34,886 nucleotides of DNA from Candidatus Undinarchaeota archaeon (GCA_964636545.1 CAZWSR010000008.1:1-34886), one strand, 5' to 3'; numbered from the stretch's first letter, positions 15,338 to 24,628 are shown. Notes: generated by a model from the sequence alone, not told the origin. Numbers and translations are program-made.

Positions 15338-16978
15338 ATGGCTGAAAATTCCAAAGTAAAAATAAACAAAAAATTCCTGATATTTGGCGTTATTGTGCTT
15401 ATTCTTTTAGTGGGTGCTTATTTCAGGTTTTATCATGTAGATTTCCCTGTTGCTGGTTATCATAATTGGAAAGAAACTCACTATCTTACTGAAGCGCGGA
15501 ATTTTAACCAAGATGGATTCTTTGAAAATGGATTTTTTGTTCCAGAGCGAGATTATCCTGATTTAGCAACAAATCAATTAGGGGTTCATGGCGATACTTT
15601 CCCCACAACGAGTGTGCTTGCGGCATTTTCTTTCAAAATATTTGGTGAAACCTTATTCGCTGCCCGACTTGTTGGAATATTGTGCTCTCTTGCTTCTGTT
15701 TATTTAATGTTCTTGATTGTCCGCAAAATGTTCAAACGGGACGATATTGCGTATGTTGCAGCTGCGCTGACTGCAATCAATCCTCTGCTAATTTTCTTCA
15801 GCAGAAATGTTCAATTAATGGCTCCTGCGCTTTTGTTCATGCTTTTGGGCTGGTACTATTTCCTTGATTGGCGAGAGTCGCTCCGCCTCAAAACTGGAAT
15901 TCTAACAGTACTTTTCCTAATGCTGTCTTTACTTACAAAATATTCTTTCTTTGTAATTCTAATTCCAATACTTGCAACATTCCCGTACAAACGTGTGATC
16001 GAAGATATTAAACCAAATGTGAAAAACTATTTGTTGTATGTTTTAATGGCACTTCCACTTCCGTTGTGGTTTATTTATTCCAGAAGTGTTGGAAAAGCAT
16101 CTGGAGTAATGGAAGTTGGTGGATTTGTATTTAATTTTGGGGTTCTTTTCACAAGTGGTTGGTTCTCTGCAATGAAGAGTTATATTTCTGACAATTTCAC
16201 TCTTATTGGATTCTCTATTGCAATTCTTGGATTAATTCTTATTGCCCTAATTAACCGAGATCATTTCGGAAACAAGTTCACACTTTATTATGCAGCTGGA
16301 CTCGTTCCTTGGCTTGTGCTAATGGGTGACAAACTTGGACAGCATTCTTACCACCAAACACCAATTGCACCTCTTATGATAATTCTGATGTCATTTGCGT
16401 TAGTTGCAATTGGCACAAACCTTGCTGGAATTGTTTCATCTGGCCCATCTCGCAACTATTCAAAATATGGAATATTACTTCTCATGATTGTTTTGCTAAT
16501 AATTCCATCTGCAACTGCATTGTCAAGGCAGTTTGACACACAATTCCTTGGTCTTGATGTTGCTGGCGATTACATTAAAGAACACAGCACCCCTGAAGAG
16601 CGGATATTGTTCTCACGTGGCCAATCATTTGGTGTTCTCTGGCATGCTGACAGAAAAGGGTACGGATTATCTACTCCAACTCTTGAACAGGTTCAACAAG
16701 CAGAGGAACGAGGCGTTACTTGGATTTTCATGTATCAATGGGGTTTGAATACTTTACAAGACTCAGAGGTAACTGATTATATCACCAGTCGTTATTCAAT
16801 GGAGCAAGTTGGATTCCTTAGTGCAGGTCAGAACTCTCAATTGGTTTATATTCTTCTGAAAAAAGGCGGTACTTTCACAATTGATGAGGTCTCTTCCTTC
16901 CCATCTCAACATAAGGTTCAGGTGAAGACATATGAGTTTTCAAAAGGAATTGTTGAATTCTCCTATGCATCCAAATAA
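15338..16978 (+). CDS. Multi-pass GT-C fold glycosyltransferase (PMT/ArnT-like), probably using a lipid-phosphate-sugar donor
   Basis: TM1 with AYFR, a first loop containing WKET, then FG....AARL, AAALTAINP and L.LLTK motifs, about 10-12 hydrophobic segments and a soluble C-terminal domain. Confidence 0.75.
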   Translation: MAENSKVKINKKFLIFGVIVLILLVGAYFRFYHVDFPVAGYHNWKETHYLTEARNFNQDGFFENGFFVPERDYPDLATNQLGVHGDTFPTTSVLAAFSFKIFGETLFAARLVGILCSLASVYLMFLIVRKMFKRDDIAYVAAALTAINPLLIFFSRNVQLMAPALLFMLLGWYYFLDWRESLRLKTGILTVLFLMLSLLTKYSFFVILIPILATFPYKRVIEDIKPNVKNYLLYVLMALPLPLWFIYSRSVGKASGVMEVGGFVFNFGVLFTSGWFSAMKSYISDNFTLIGFSIAILGLILIALINRDHFGNKFTLYYAAGLVPWLVLMGDKLGQHSYHQTPIAPLMIILMSFALVAIGTNLAGIVSSGPSRNYSKYGILLLMIVLLIIPSATALSRQFDTQFLGLDVAGDYIKEHSTPEERILFSRGQSFGVLWHADRKGYGLSTPTLEQVQQAEERGVTWIFMYQWGLNTLQDSEVTDYITSRYSMEQVGFLSAGQNSQLVYILLKKGGTFTIDEVSSFPSQHKVQVKTYEFSKGIVEFSYASK

Positions 16979-16984
16979 AGTAAA

Positions 16985-17962
16985 ATGAATAAAAAGACAG
17001 TAAAGACAATACTTGCAATAATCTTAACTGCAGTACTTGTTTGGCTGCTTAGTTCTCAAGTTAATCTTGTTGAAACATTTGGGTTAATTAAAAGCTTGCC
17101 ACTTCAGATACTTTTAGCAAGTTTTGGTCTCTACATTCTCGGACATATTGGGAGAGCAGTCAGGTTTTACAGATTATTAGGCTGGAAAACTGGGTTCCAT
17201 GAGCTTTTCAGTATTGTTTGTTTGCATAATTTATTCATTAACACACTTCCTGCAAGAACTGGAGAGGTTTCGTATTTGTATATGACCCAAAAACGAGATG
17301 TTCCATTAACTAAAGCGGGTTCTGTGTTGGTTATTGCACGAGTTTTGGATATGATTTCAATTTCGCTGATACTTGTTTTCGCAGTTTCTTTTACTGAATC
17401 ACTTCCTGCCGTTCTCACAGCATTTTCGCAGTGGATTATTATTCTTTTACTTGTTTGTTTGTTCTTTTTGTTCATGGCTGTTTATTTTGGAACTAATGTA
17501 ATTGAAGTTCTTCAGAAAGTTTCAGGCAAGTTCAAGTTTGGAGAATCAAAAAAAGTGCAATGGCTTCTTGAAAAAGGAATGGAAATTGCAGAAAGCTTTA
17601 CTGTTCTGAAATCACGATGGAAGTTCCTTGAGCATTTGTCTTATTCGCTTTTCATTTGGGGAGTTCGGTTTGTGCTATTCTGGCTAATATTATTTGGACT
17701 TGGTATTGAAATCGGAATTTGGCTTGGAATCATCGGGATAACACTTCCAATGATTTCAACATTCTTACCAATTCAAGGTTTGGGTGGGTTTGGAACTTTT
17801 GAAGGCGTGTTTGCTGGTTCATTTATTCTTCTTGGAGTTGCTACACAAACAGCTATTCTTTCTGGTTTTGCTTTCCACATAGTCTTTTTGACTTACGCAA
17901 TTGTAATGGGGCTTTATGGATTTGTTGTGCTGACGCTGGTTCCGAAACTAAAGAAAAATTAA
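16985..17962 (+). CDS. Lysylphosphatidylglycerol synthase TM-domain (AglD2-like) putative flippase
   Basis: RAVRF..LL, NTLPARTGE, ARVLD and LPIQGLGGFGTFE motifs with about 8 TM segments. Confidence 0.8.
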   Translation: MNKKTVKTILAIILTAVLVWLLSSQVNLVETFGLIKSLPLQILLASFGLYILGHIGRAVRFYRLLGWKTGFHELFSIVCLHNLFINTLPARTGEVSYLYMTQKRDVPLTKAGSVLVIARVLDMISISLILVFAVSFTESLPAVLTAFSQWIIILLLVCLFFLFMAVYFGTNVIEVLQKVSGKFKFGESKKVQWLLEKGMEIAESFTVLKSRWKFLEHLSYSLFIWGVRFVLFWLILFGLGIEIGIWLGIIGITLPMISTFLPIQGLGGFGTFEGVFAGSFILLGVATQTAILSGFAFHIVFLTYAIVMGLYGFVVLTLVPKLKKN

Positions 17963-17963
17963 T

Positions 17964-18896
17964 TTATTTCTTATGAACTTTCTCAACATTGTAGGTGTCT
18001 TTCACATCATGTTTTGTGCGAACAAGCATTTCTGCAAGAATTCCTGTAAAGAATAATTGCACACCCATAATTACCAAAAGTATTGTAAGCGCCAGCATTG
18101 GTCTGCTTGCAATTGACTTTCCATAAACGAATTTCTCAACAAGCAAGTATCCACCTGAAAGAACTCCGAGGAATAGCACAGAAGCTCCCAAACTTCCAAG
18201 AATATGAACTGGCCTTTCACTATATCTAAGTAAAAATTTCAGTGTTATCAAGTCTAAAAATCCCTTGAACAAACGTCTGTAACCATATTTTGTTTTTCCA
18301 AACTGCCTTTTTCTGTGATGTGTTACAACTTCTGTTACATTGTAACCTTTTGCATTAATTAATGCTGGAATATATCTGTGGTTTTCACCATAAAGTTTGA
18401 TACTGTTAATTGCTTCTTTGTTATATGCTCGCAGAGTACACCCAGAATCATGAGTTTTAATTCCAGTTAATCTGCGGTTAAGCCAGTTTGAGAATTTTGA
18501 AGGCCAGCGTTTTAGGATATTGTCTTTGCGATCCATTCTCCAACCACAAACAACATCGTGACCTTTAGCTAATTTCTCTAATAGTCGTGGAATATCTGCT
18601 GGATCATTTTGCAAATCCGCATCCATTGTAATTACTACTTTTCCACTAGCCTGTTCAAAACCTGCAACCATTGCTGGTGTCTGTCCAAAATTCTTTCGTA
18701 GTTTTACAATAACAATATGATTATCTTTTTTTGATAGTGCTTTCAGTACATTGTAGGTTGCATCAGTTGAACCATCATCAACAAAAATTATCTCATACTT
18801 TTTATTCAGTTTATTCATTACTTCTGCGATTTCTTCATATAACTGATTCACATTCTCTTCTTCATTGTATGTTGGTATAACAATTGAGATATCCAT
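17964..18896 (-). CDS. GT2 polyprenol-phosphate glycosyltransferase (ArnC/GtrB-like, two C-terminal TM helices)
   Basis: ISIVIPTYNEE, VDDGSTD, RKNFGQ, TMDADLQNDP, HDSGC, HRYIP and R.FGKTKY. Confidence 0.9.
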   Translation of the reverse strand: MDISIVIPTYNEEENVNQLYEEIAEVMNKLNKKYEIIFVDDGSTDATYNVLKALSKKDNHIVIVKLRKNFGQTPAMVAGFEQASGKVVITMDADLQNDPADIPRLLEKLAKGHDVVCGWRMDRKDNILKRWPSKFSNWLNRRLTGIKTHDSGCTLRAYNKEAINSIKLYGENHRYIPALINAKGYNVTEVVTHHRKRQFGKTKYGYRRLFKGFLDLITLKFLLRYSERPVHILGSLGASVLFLGVLSGGYLLVEKFVYGKSIASRPMLALTILLVIMGVQLFFTGILAEMLVRTKHDVKDTYNVEKVHKK

Positions 18897-18981
18897 ACTG
18901 GAATGTTTTTTGGATTGTTTATATAGGTTATTATTTTGTTTTCTTAAAGCTTAAATACACTTTAAGCAAGATTCTTTGATA

Positions 18982-20322
18982 ATGGAACTTAAATTTAGCA
19001 CAACTGGAATCCGTGGAATTTCAAATAAGACAATGACAGCAGAGCTTGCACTGAAGCTAGGCAAGACTTTAGGTACTTTTTTGAATGGAAAAGGAAGGAT
19101 TTTGATTGCTAGAGACACTCGAACAAGCTCGGAAATGCTTCGCAGTGCACTGGTTTCTGGATTACTTTCAACTGGTGTTAATGTTGTTGATGCTGGTGTT
19201 TCTCCAGTTCCTGCACTATCACATTGTGTAATGGCTGATTTTGATGCTGGTGTAATGATAACTAGCTCCCACAATCCACCTGAGTACAATGGAATGAAAT
19301 TCATCACTGGCGATGGTGTTGAGTTTTCAACTGGAGAAGAGCAGAAATTCCTTGAATTATTCAAATCTGAGCCAATTTCAGCTAATTGGGATACTGTTGG
19401 AAAGCTTGCAGAGAAAAATATTCTTGAAACTTACGAGAAAAAGCTGTTTGAACTTGCTGATACTGATTTAATTAAGACAAAAAATTACAAAGTTGTTGTT
19501 GATACTACTAATGGAGCACAGGGTGTGCTAATGCCAGACCTATTAAAGAAACTGGGCTGCGAAGTTGTTGGTTTGTTCATTGAGCCGAAAGGTATTTTTG
19601 AGCGAACTCCTGAACCACGACCTGAAACTTTGGATGTTTTGAAGGAGAAAGTTGTTTCAGAGCAAGCTGATTTCGGTGTTGCTTTTGATGTTGATGGTGA
19701 CAGGTGTATTTTTGTTAATGAAAAAGGTGAAGTTATTATGGGTGATGTTACTGGAACTTTACTTGCACGAGAACTTATTCGTGAAAAACCAGGTGCTAGG
19801 ATTGTTACACCAATTTCCACTTCAAAAGTAATGGATGATGTTGCTGAAAAAGAAGGTGGGAAAATGCTCAAGACAATGGTTGGTGCAAAATACATTGGAG
19901 AAACCTTGAAAAAAGAGGGTGCTGACTACGGTTTTGAAGAAACAGGTGGTAGTTTTTTCCCTGAAATTAGTTTTACACGAGATGGTTCAGCTGCTACAGT
20001 TAAAGTTCTGGAAACTTTGGCAAAATCTGGGAAGAAATTATCTGAATTAGTTGATGAACTACCAAAATATTATCAAATCAAGTTGAAAGTTCCTTGCGAA
20101 GAAGAAAAGAAGCAAGATACTTCTAAACTCAAAGATAAAATTGATCGAGAAAACAAGGAAATTATCACAATGGATGGAATTAAGGTTGTTTTTGAAGACG
20201 GTTCAGTGCTAATGCGCGCATCTGGAACAGAACCACTTATTAGAATTTTTGTAGAAGCAACTAGTCTGGAAAAAGCTGAGGAGTATGCTGGTTGGGGTGA
20301 AGGATTAGTTAAATCACTCTGA
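18982..20322 (+). CDS. Alpha-D-phosphohexomutase (PGM/PMM/GlmM family)
   Basis: T.GIRG, phosphoserine loop ITSSHNPPEYNG, metal loop FDVDGDR, GFEETG and RASGTEP.IR. Start set at ATG 18982. Confidence 0.92.
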   Translation: MELKFSTTGIRGISNKTMTAELALKLGKTLGTFLNGKGRILIARDTRTSSEMLRSALVSGLLSTGVNVVDAGVSPVPALSHCVMADFDAGVMITSSHNPPEYNGMKFITGDGVEFSTGEEQKFLELFKSEPISANWDTVGKLAEKNILETYEKKLFELADTDLIKTKNYKVVVDTTNGAQGVLMPDLLKKLGCEVVGLFIEPKGIFERTPEPRPETLDVLKEKVVSEQADFGVAFDVDGDRCIFVNEKGEVIMGDVTGTLLARELIREKPGARIVTPISTSKVMDDVAEKEGGKMLKTMVGAKYIGETLKKEGADYGFEETGGSFFPEISFTRDGSAATVKVLETLAKSGKKLSELVDELPKYYQIKLKVPCEEEKKQDTSKLKDKIDRENKEIITMDGIKVVFEDGSVLMRASGTEPLIRIFVEATSLEKAEEYAGWGEGLVKSL

Positions 20323-20323
20323 G

Positions 20324-20707
20324 TTATTTCTTTTTCACAGTCTTCGTTATTTGTTTTTTAGTTTCAACACTATCCAATCTAATAGCAACTTTTCTAACTA
20401 AATCAGTAATTTGCCTTTGTGTCTCCTGATTTCTAATATACACATGGAAAATCAGTGCATATGAGCCAAGTAGTCCAAGTAACATAAGAGCATCTAGTCC
20501 ACGACCAATGTCTGTGAATATGCTTAGGAAATTTGCAAATGTCAGTGGGAAAAGCGCAACTATGAACAACATTATAGAGACTGTGCTCCAAATAATTAAA
20601 TCCTTTCGTTTGAACCTGCCTTTTTTATGTAAGGCTCTGGTCTCAAATGCGATTAGGAATGCGATTGCAATCCCAACAAGTTGTATTCCAAGTATTTGTA
20701 ATTCCAT
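20324..20707 (-). CDS. DUF2304 family small membrane protein
   Basis: Three TM segments, IGRGLDA and a C-terminal ITDLVRKVAI. ATG 20707 overlaps the stop of the upstream GT2 (TAATG), the usual GT2-DUF2304 pairing. Confidence 0.8.
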   Translation of the reverse strand: MELQILGIQLVGIAIAFLIAFETRALHKKGRFKRKDLIIWSTVSIMLFIVALFPLTFANFLSIFTDIGRGLDALMLLGLLGSYALIFHVYIRNQETQRQITDLVRKVAIRLDSVETKKQITKTVKKK

Positions 20708-21411
20708 TATTTTTTCACCCCGATTGTTCTGAGTATCATACTCCACAAAATGTGGAACCCGTTCTTCCACGGCATTTGATTTGTACCGCGCTTTACACTT
20801 CTGTCATCATAGATAGCTTTTATGGGTATTTCAATTATTCGCATGTTGTGATGACCAAGCTGATGAATAATTTCTGAGCTAACTTCGTATTTGTCGCAAA
20901 GAATCATTAATTTCTCAGCAGCTTCCCTGCTAAATGCGCGAAGTCCGCTTTGTGAATCAGTAATTGTGGTATCTGCCATTATATTTGTCATTCCAGTCAG
21001 GAGTGTGTTGCCAAATCTCTTGACCCGCGGCATCATTTCCAAATCTTTTTTACTCATGAATCGTGATCCAATTGCTGCATCTGCTTTTCCTTCTTGAATT
21101 GGTTTAATCAGGCGATAAACATCTTTTCCAAGGTGCTGTAGGTCAGCATCAAAAGTTACAATAAGGTCTGCCCCATGCAAAACAGCTGCTTGTATTCCTG
21201 TTGAAAGTGCTGCTCCAAGCCCGCGATTAATAACATGAGTTAAAACATGAACACCCTGTGCTTCTGCAAGTTCTTGTGTTCTGTCAACTGAACCGTCATT
21301 AACTACAAAAATATCATTTTTTGGAAACTGTCTCTTAACATCCTTGAGGGTCTGCACTACTGATTCTTCTTCATTATACGCAGGGATTACAAAGGATAGT
21401 TTCTCGTTCAT
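20707..21411 (-). CDS. GT2 dolichol-phosphate glycosyltransferase (DPM1/AglJ/GacI-like, no TM)
   Basis: VIPAYNEE, VNDGSVD, NRGLGAAL.TG, TFDADLQH, IGSRF and TDSQSGLRA. Confidence 0.9.
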   Translation of the reverse strand: MNEKLSFVIPAYNEEESVVQTLKDVKRQFPKNDIFVVNDGSVDRTQELAEAQGVHVLTHVINRGLGAALSTGIQAAVLHGADLIVTFDADLQHLGKDVYRLIKPIQEGKADAAIGSRFMSKKDLEMMPRVKRFGNTLLTGMTNIMADTTITDSQSGLRAFSREAAEKLMILCDKYEVSSEIIHQLGHHNMRIIEIPIKAIYDDRSVKRGTNQMPWKNGFHILWSMILRTIGVKK

Positions 21412-21444
21412 CTAGTTTTTGTTTTAAAAAAGGTTTTAAAACAT

Positions 21445-21645
21445 TTATGAAGCACTCTGTTTTTCTTCTTTTTTAATTAAACCCAAAGAGTTACTCATCC
21501 CCTTTATTGAAGTTTCTACTTTTTTTACTTCTAGTTTCTCTCCAACTAGTGGAAGTAGGAAGTTCTTGAATATTTCTGCTAAATTTTTGAAATATGTTTC
21601 ATATTTTTCCTCATTGATTTTAAATCCTCTTTCTTCACTCCTCAT
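21445..21645 (-). CDS. Small hypothetical protein (66 aa)
   Basis: Fills the gap between two minus-strand genes. A TATA-like GATATAAG preceded by AAAAAGT lies about 25 nt upstream. No recognisable motif. Confidence 0.35.
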   Translation of the reverse strand: MRSEERGFKINEEKYETYFKNLAEIFKNFLLPLVGEKLEVKKVETSIKGMSNSLGLIKKEEKQSAS

Positions 21646-21687
21646 ACTAAAACATTATCTTTCAACCCTTATATCACTTTTGAAAAC

Positions 21688-22569
21688 TCAAATTAGTAGT
21701 GTAACAACACCCACCCCAATTTCAATCCCCCAAATAACTGCAACTACTTGCCACTCTCTTCTAAATCCAAGCCACATCACTGCTTTTATCAATGAAACAT
21801 ATTTTCCACGTGGAACTAACTTACCATTCTCAATTCCTGTTGGCTGATGCTCCTTACGGTTCATTATTCCAGTACTCAGGAATTTCAGACCAGCATCAAT
21901 TGCATAAGGAATCAAAAGTATCCCTAAATTAATTAATGGGGCTCCAATCAAATACGCAGCAACCATCATTGTTCCAATTGGGAGTGTTCCAACATCGCCT
22001 GGGAAAACTAAAGCTGGATATTTATTGAAAAGTAGGAAAGCAAACAAACAAGCAGTGTAAATGTAGAGCATTACACTTGCTGGATTATTACTGGAGAACG
22101 CAAGGAAAAATATTGCAATCATTCCTGTTCCAATTTCAAGACCATTGAATCCAGCGAGCATGTTTGTCCAGTTTGATGCAACTGCAACTAGCAAAATTAT
22201 TCCAACTATCATAACAACATTCCACGGAACTAACCAAATTAATGGAATTGCTCCACAACTAACAAGTAAGAATTTACTTTTTGGTGGGAACCCGAAAACA
22301 TCATCAACAAGTCCAATTATTGCAGAAACCAAAAACGCTAGCAATAGAACAAGTGTTATCATATCTTGATTTATAAAATAAAGCACAAGCATTAATATTG
22401 TAAATGCTCCAGCAACTGCAATTCCACCACTTATTGGCCGCTTTGGCTTGCCTTCTTTGTGAAAATCTTCTGAAACAAGCCCGATTTTCATGAATTTCTG
22501 TATTGCAATTTTTGTGAGAACTATTGTTAGTATGAAAGCAGCTGATATTAGATAGATTATCTGGCTCAT
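21688..22569 (-). CDS. UDP-GlcNAc:dolichyl-phosphate GlcNAc-1-phosphate transferase-like protein (AglH/GPT family)
   Basis: D.HK..KP..P.SGG, GLVDD, NMLAGFNGLE (GPT-type), FNKYPA.VFPGDVG, and many TM segments. Confidence 0.85.
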   Translation of the reverse strand: MSQIIYLISAAFILTIVLTKIAIQKFMKIGLVSEDFHKEGKPKRPISGGIAVAGAFTILMLVLYFINQDMITLVLLLAFLVSAIIGLVDDVFGFPPKSKFLLVSCGAIPLIWLVPWNVVMIVGIILLVAVASNWTNMLAGFNGLEIGTGMIAIFFLAFSSNNPASVMLYIYTACLFAFLLFNKYPALVFPGDVGTLPIGTMMVAAYLIGAPLINLGILLIPYAIDAGLKFLSTGIMNRKEHQPTGIENGKLVPRGKYVSLIKAVMWLGFRREWQVVAVIWGIEIGVGVVTLLI

Positions 22570-23567
22570 ATTTCTAATGCTGATCGCACTTTAATTAGTG
22601 GATCTTCAAATTCGCCCATTGCTTCTTCAGCAATCTTGCGACTGTGGTCTTTATTTGATTCTTTAATCATTCCAGTTATTTTGCTAAGGTCTTGGCTGTG
22701 CTGAAGTAGGTTTTTGGCAATCAAGAGATTATCAACTTCAAGTAATTGCTGTGGATAGCATGAAATTGTTGGTGTTCCAAGCAAACAGGCTTCTCTGGTC
22801 ATTGTCCCACCTTCTCCAAGAAATGCTTCTGAATAATAAACTAGGCTGTGGAAATCAATCCCATTGTCAGAAACTTTTGCTCCACCTTTTTCAAACAATG
22901 CGCGGTCCTGTCCGTTTCGTGGAAATGCAATTATATCATAGTCTTTTGAAAGTTCTGCTAAATATTTCTCAAGCTGTGTTTTTTTATTAAAGTAACCCGC
23001 ATCAAGTGGACCAGTCCGGATTGTCAGTATTTTCCCTTGTTCAAGTCCAAGTTCATCTAAAACTGCCTTATCTGGCTTAAATCCAGCAATATTTGAAACT
23101 TCACATACTCCATTAAAAGAAAGCAGGTCAGTGTTTCCATATGCAAGTTCTGTTTTTGCTTTAATGCAGTCTGGAAGAACGCATTTGTCTGCAAATGGCA
23201 CTGTTAATTTGTTTTGTGCAGTGCTTTGGTCATTATCAATCACTAAAGTGCTTGGAATTGCAAGACCGCCTGCAACACGTATTCCTTCAACTGAATATTT
23301 GCATAAAAATTTATCTGGATTGAATTCTTTTACAACTTTGGCTAGTTCCTGAACACGGTTAGTGCTTGCGATTAGCTTATCAAAATTATCTTTTCCAGCA
23401 TGTTCTCCAATAATCTGAGCAGTAATTCCTTCCTTTGCTATTAAATCTTCTAAATAACCATATTTTCTTGCTGTAACTAGCAATTCATGTTCATTTCCAA
23501 GATCCTTGATCAAGCGCCTAAAGAATAATACATGCGGTGCATTGCTCAAGTCAATCCAAAGTTTCAT
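22566..23567 (-). CDS. DUF354 family GT-B-fold protein
   Basis: WIDLSNAPHVLFFR, TAR, IGEH.G, DND and GEGGTM.REA.LLGTP.IS.YP..LL.VD. Start set at ATG 23567, with GGGGAG upstream. Confidence 0.8.
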   Translation of the reverse strand: MKLWIDLSNAPHVLFFRRLIKDLGNEHELLVTARKYGYLEDLIAKEGITAQIIGEHAGKDNFDKLIASTNRVQELAKVVKEFNPDKFLCKYSVEGIRVAGGLAIPSTLVIDNDQSTAQNKLTVPFADKCVLPDCIKAKTELAYGNTDLLSFNGVCEVSNIAGFKPDKAVLDELGLEQGKILTIRTGPLDAGYFNKKTQLEKYLAELSKDYDIIAFPRNGQDRALFEKGGAKVSDNGIDFHSLVYYSEAFLGEGGTMTREACLLGTPTISCYPQQLLEVDNLLIAKNLLQHSQDLSKITGMIKESNKDHSRKIAEEAMGEFEDPLIKVRSALEI

Positions 23568-23582
23568 TTCTCCCCTAACCAA

Positions 23583-23626
23583 ATCTAATATTAGATATAT
23601 AAAAACGTTTTCACTTGTGAAATTGT
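23583..23626. promoter_or_regulatory. Promoter of the DUF354-aglH-like unit with flanking dyads
   Basis: A minus-strand TATA TTTTTATATA (23605-23596) is flanked by a perfect palindrome ATCTAATATTAGAT (23583-23596) and an imperfect dyad ACGTTTTCA-N4-TGAAATTGT (23605-23626). Confidence 0.5.
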
Positions 23627-23632
23627 TTGCAA

Positions 23633-24589
23633 CTATCTGGAAGAGCGCAAAATATAGGTTTTCCCACGCTTTTCTCGTTTTATTTTACCTTTTTTTAGCA
23701 AATCTTTCACATTTCTTGTAACTTTTGGTCTTGAAAAACCAGTAAGCTTCGGCAGGTCTTGTTGTTTTAGCTTGCCTTTTCCTTGTGATACTAAGTTCAA
23801 TATAGTCTGCTCATCATCGTCTATTATTGCAGTTGTTACTTTTGGACCGCGGATTTTCTTGAGCATTACTGCACCCCATAAACTTGATACTAAAAATATC
23901 GCCATTCCACCAATTATTAGGCCAATCATGAAAAATGTACTCTTTTTTGGGTCTTCTCTCTTAATTGGACGTACATTTGTTTGCTGAAGCCCCCCAAGGT
24001 TTGCAAGATCTTGTTTTACTGAGCTTGAAGCATCTCCTATGAGGATAATTCGCTTTGCTCCCAGACGTTCTATTGCAGTTTTTATCTCGTCTGGTAGCTT
24101 TTCTTCTTCTGTAATCAGTAGCGGACTACCATACTCTATTGCTGTTCTAGCTGCTAACATTAGCTCTCCTGCTCCCCCTTGTGTAACAACAACTGTTTCT
24201 GAGTTTGTCCAGAGTGTCATTGCAACTCGTGCAGATGTTCCATAACGGTTCCAGTCCCAAATACGAGTGCTAATTAGCCCAAGATTGTCTAGTTTTGCTT
24301 CAATACTCTTTGGAATTGCCTCTGTTCCGCCAATTATTAGAATATCTGTGTATCCTTGTTCTTTGTAGCCCTCTAATTCATCTTCAAGTTCATCAATTAG
24401 CCATCTTTGAGTTACTGTAACTAAAGGAATACCTGCTTTGCTAGTGTATGCTTGTGCAACTAGCATGTCAACTGGTATGTCGCCTCTAACAATTACTGCA
24501 TCAAAATTACTTTGTGCAAAAGCGCAAGCTGGCAAGGCAATGAGGATTGCCAGTATTATAAGAATGGAACGATTGCAAAACGATTTCAT
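23633..24589 (-). CDS. Membrane-anchored putative regulator: signal peptide, cell-wall-binding repeat 2 (CWB2)-like domain, TM helix, C-terminal winged HTH
   Basis: Signal peptide ending ACAFA; CWB2-like motifs ILIIGGTEAIP, RIW..NRYGTSARVA and PLLIT...LP......I..LG.KRIILIG; TM segment FFMIGLIIGGMAIFLVSSLW; wHTH DEQTIL..V....G...QQDLPKLTGFSRPKVTRNVKDL..KGKI.R.K.GKT. Confidence 0.75.
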   Translation of the reverse strand: MKSFCNRSILIILAILIALPACAFAQSNFDAVIVRGDIPVDMLVAQAYTSKAGIPLVTVTQRWLIDELEDELEGYKEQGYTDILIIGGTEAIPKSIEAKLDNLGLISTRIWDWNRYGTSARVAMTLWTNSETVVVTQGGAGELMLAARTAIEYGSPLLITEEEKLPDEIKTAIERLGAKRIILIGDASSSVKQDLANLGGLQQTNVRPIKREDPKKSTFFMIGLIIGGMAIFLVSSLWGAVMLKKIRGPKVTTAIIDDDEQTILNLVSQGKGKLKQQDLPKLTGFSRPKVTRNVKDLLKKGKIKREKRGKTYILRSSR

Positions 24590-24628
24590 ACGATTTCATT
24601 AACTGTGAAATCGTAATGGTATATAAAA
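24569..24628. promoter_or_regulatory. Candidate operator between TATA box and start codon
   Basis: Perfect 10-bp inverted repeat TACGATTTCA-N7-TGAAATCGTA (24589-24615), extra half-sites ACGATTTCAT (24580-24589) and ACGATTGCAA (24569-24578), and a minus-strand TATA TTTTATATA (24628-24620). Confidence 0.65.

Noticed and set aside
21688-22569. MraY or peptidoglycan synthesis (together with the FemABX-like gene)
   Set aside because: NMLAGFNGLE and FPGDVG are GPT/AglH-type motifs, and no mur genes are present.
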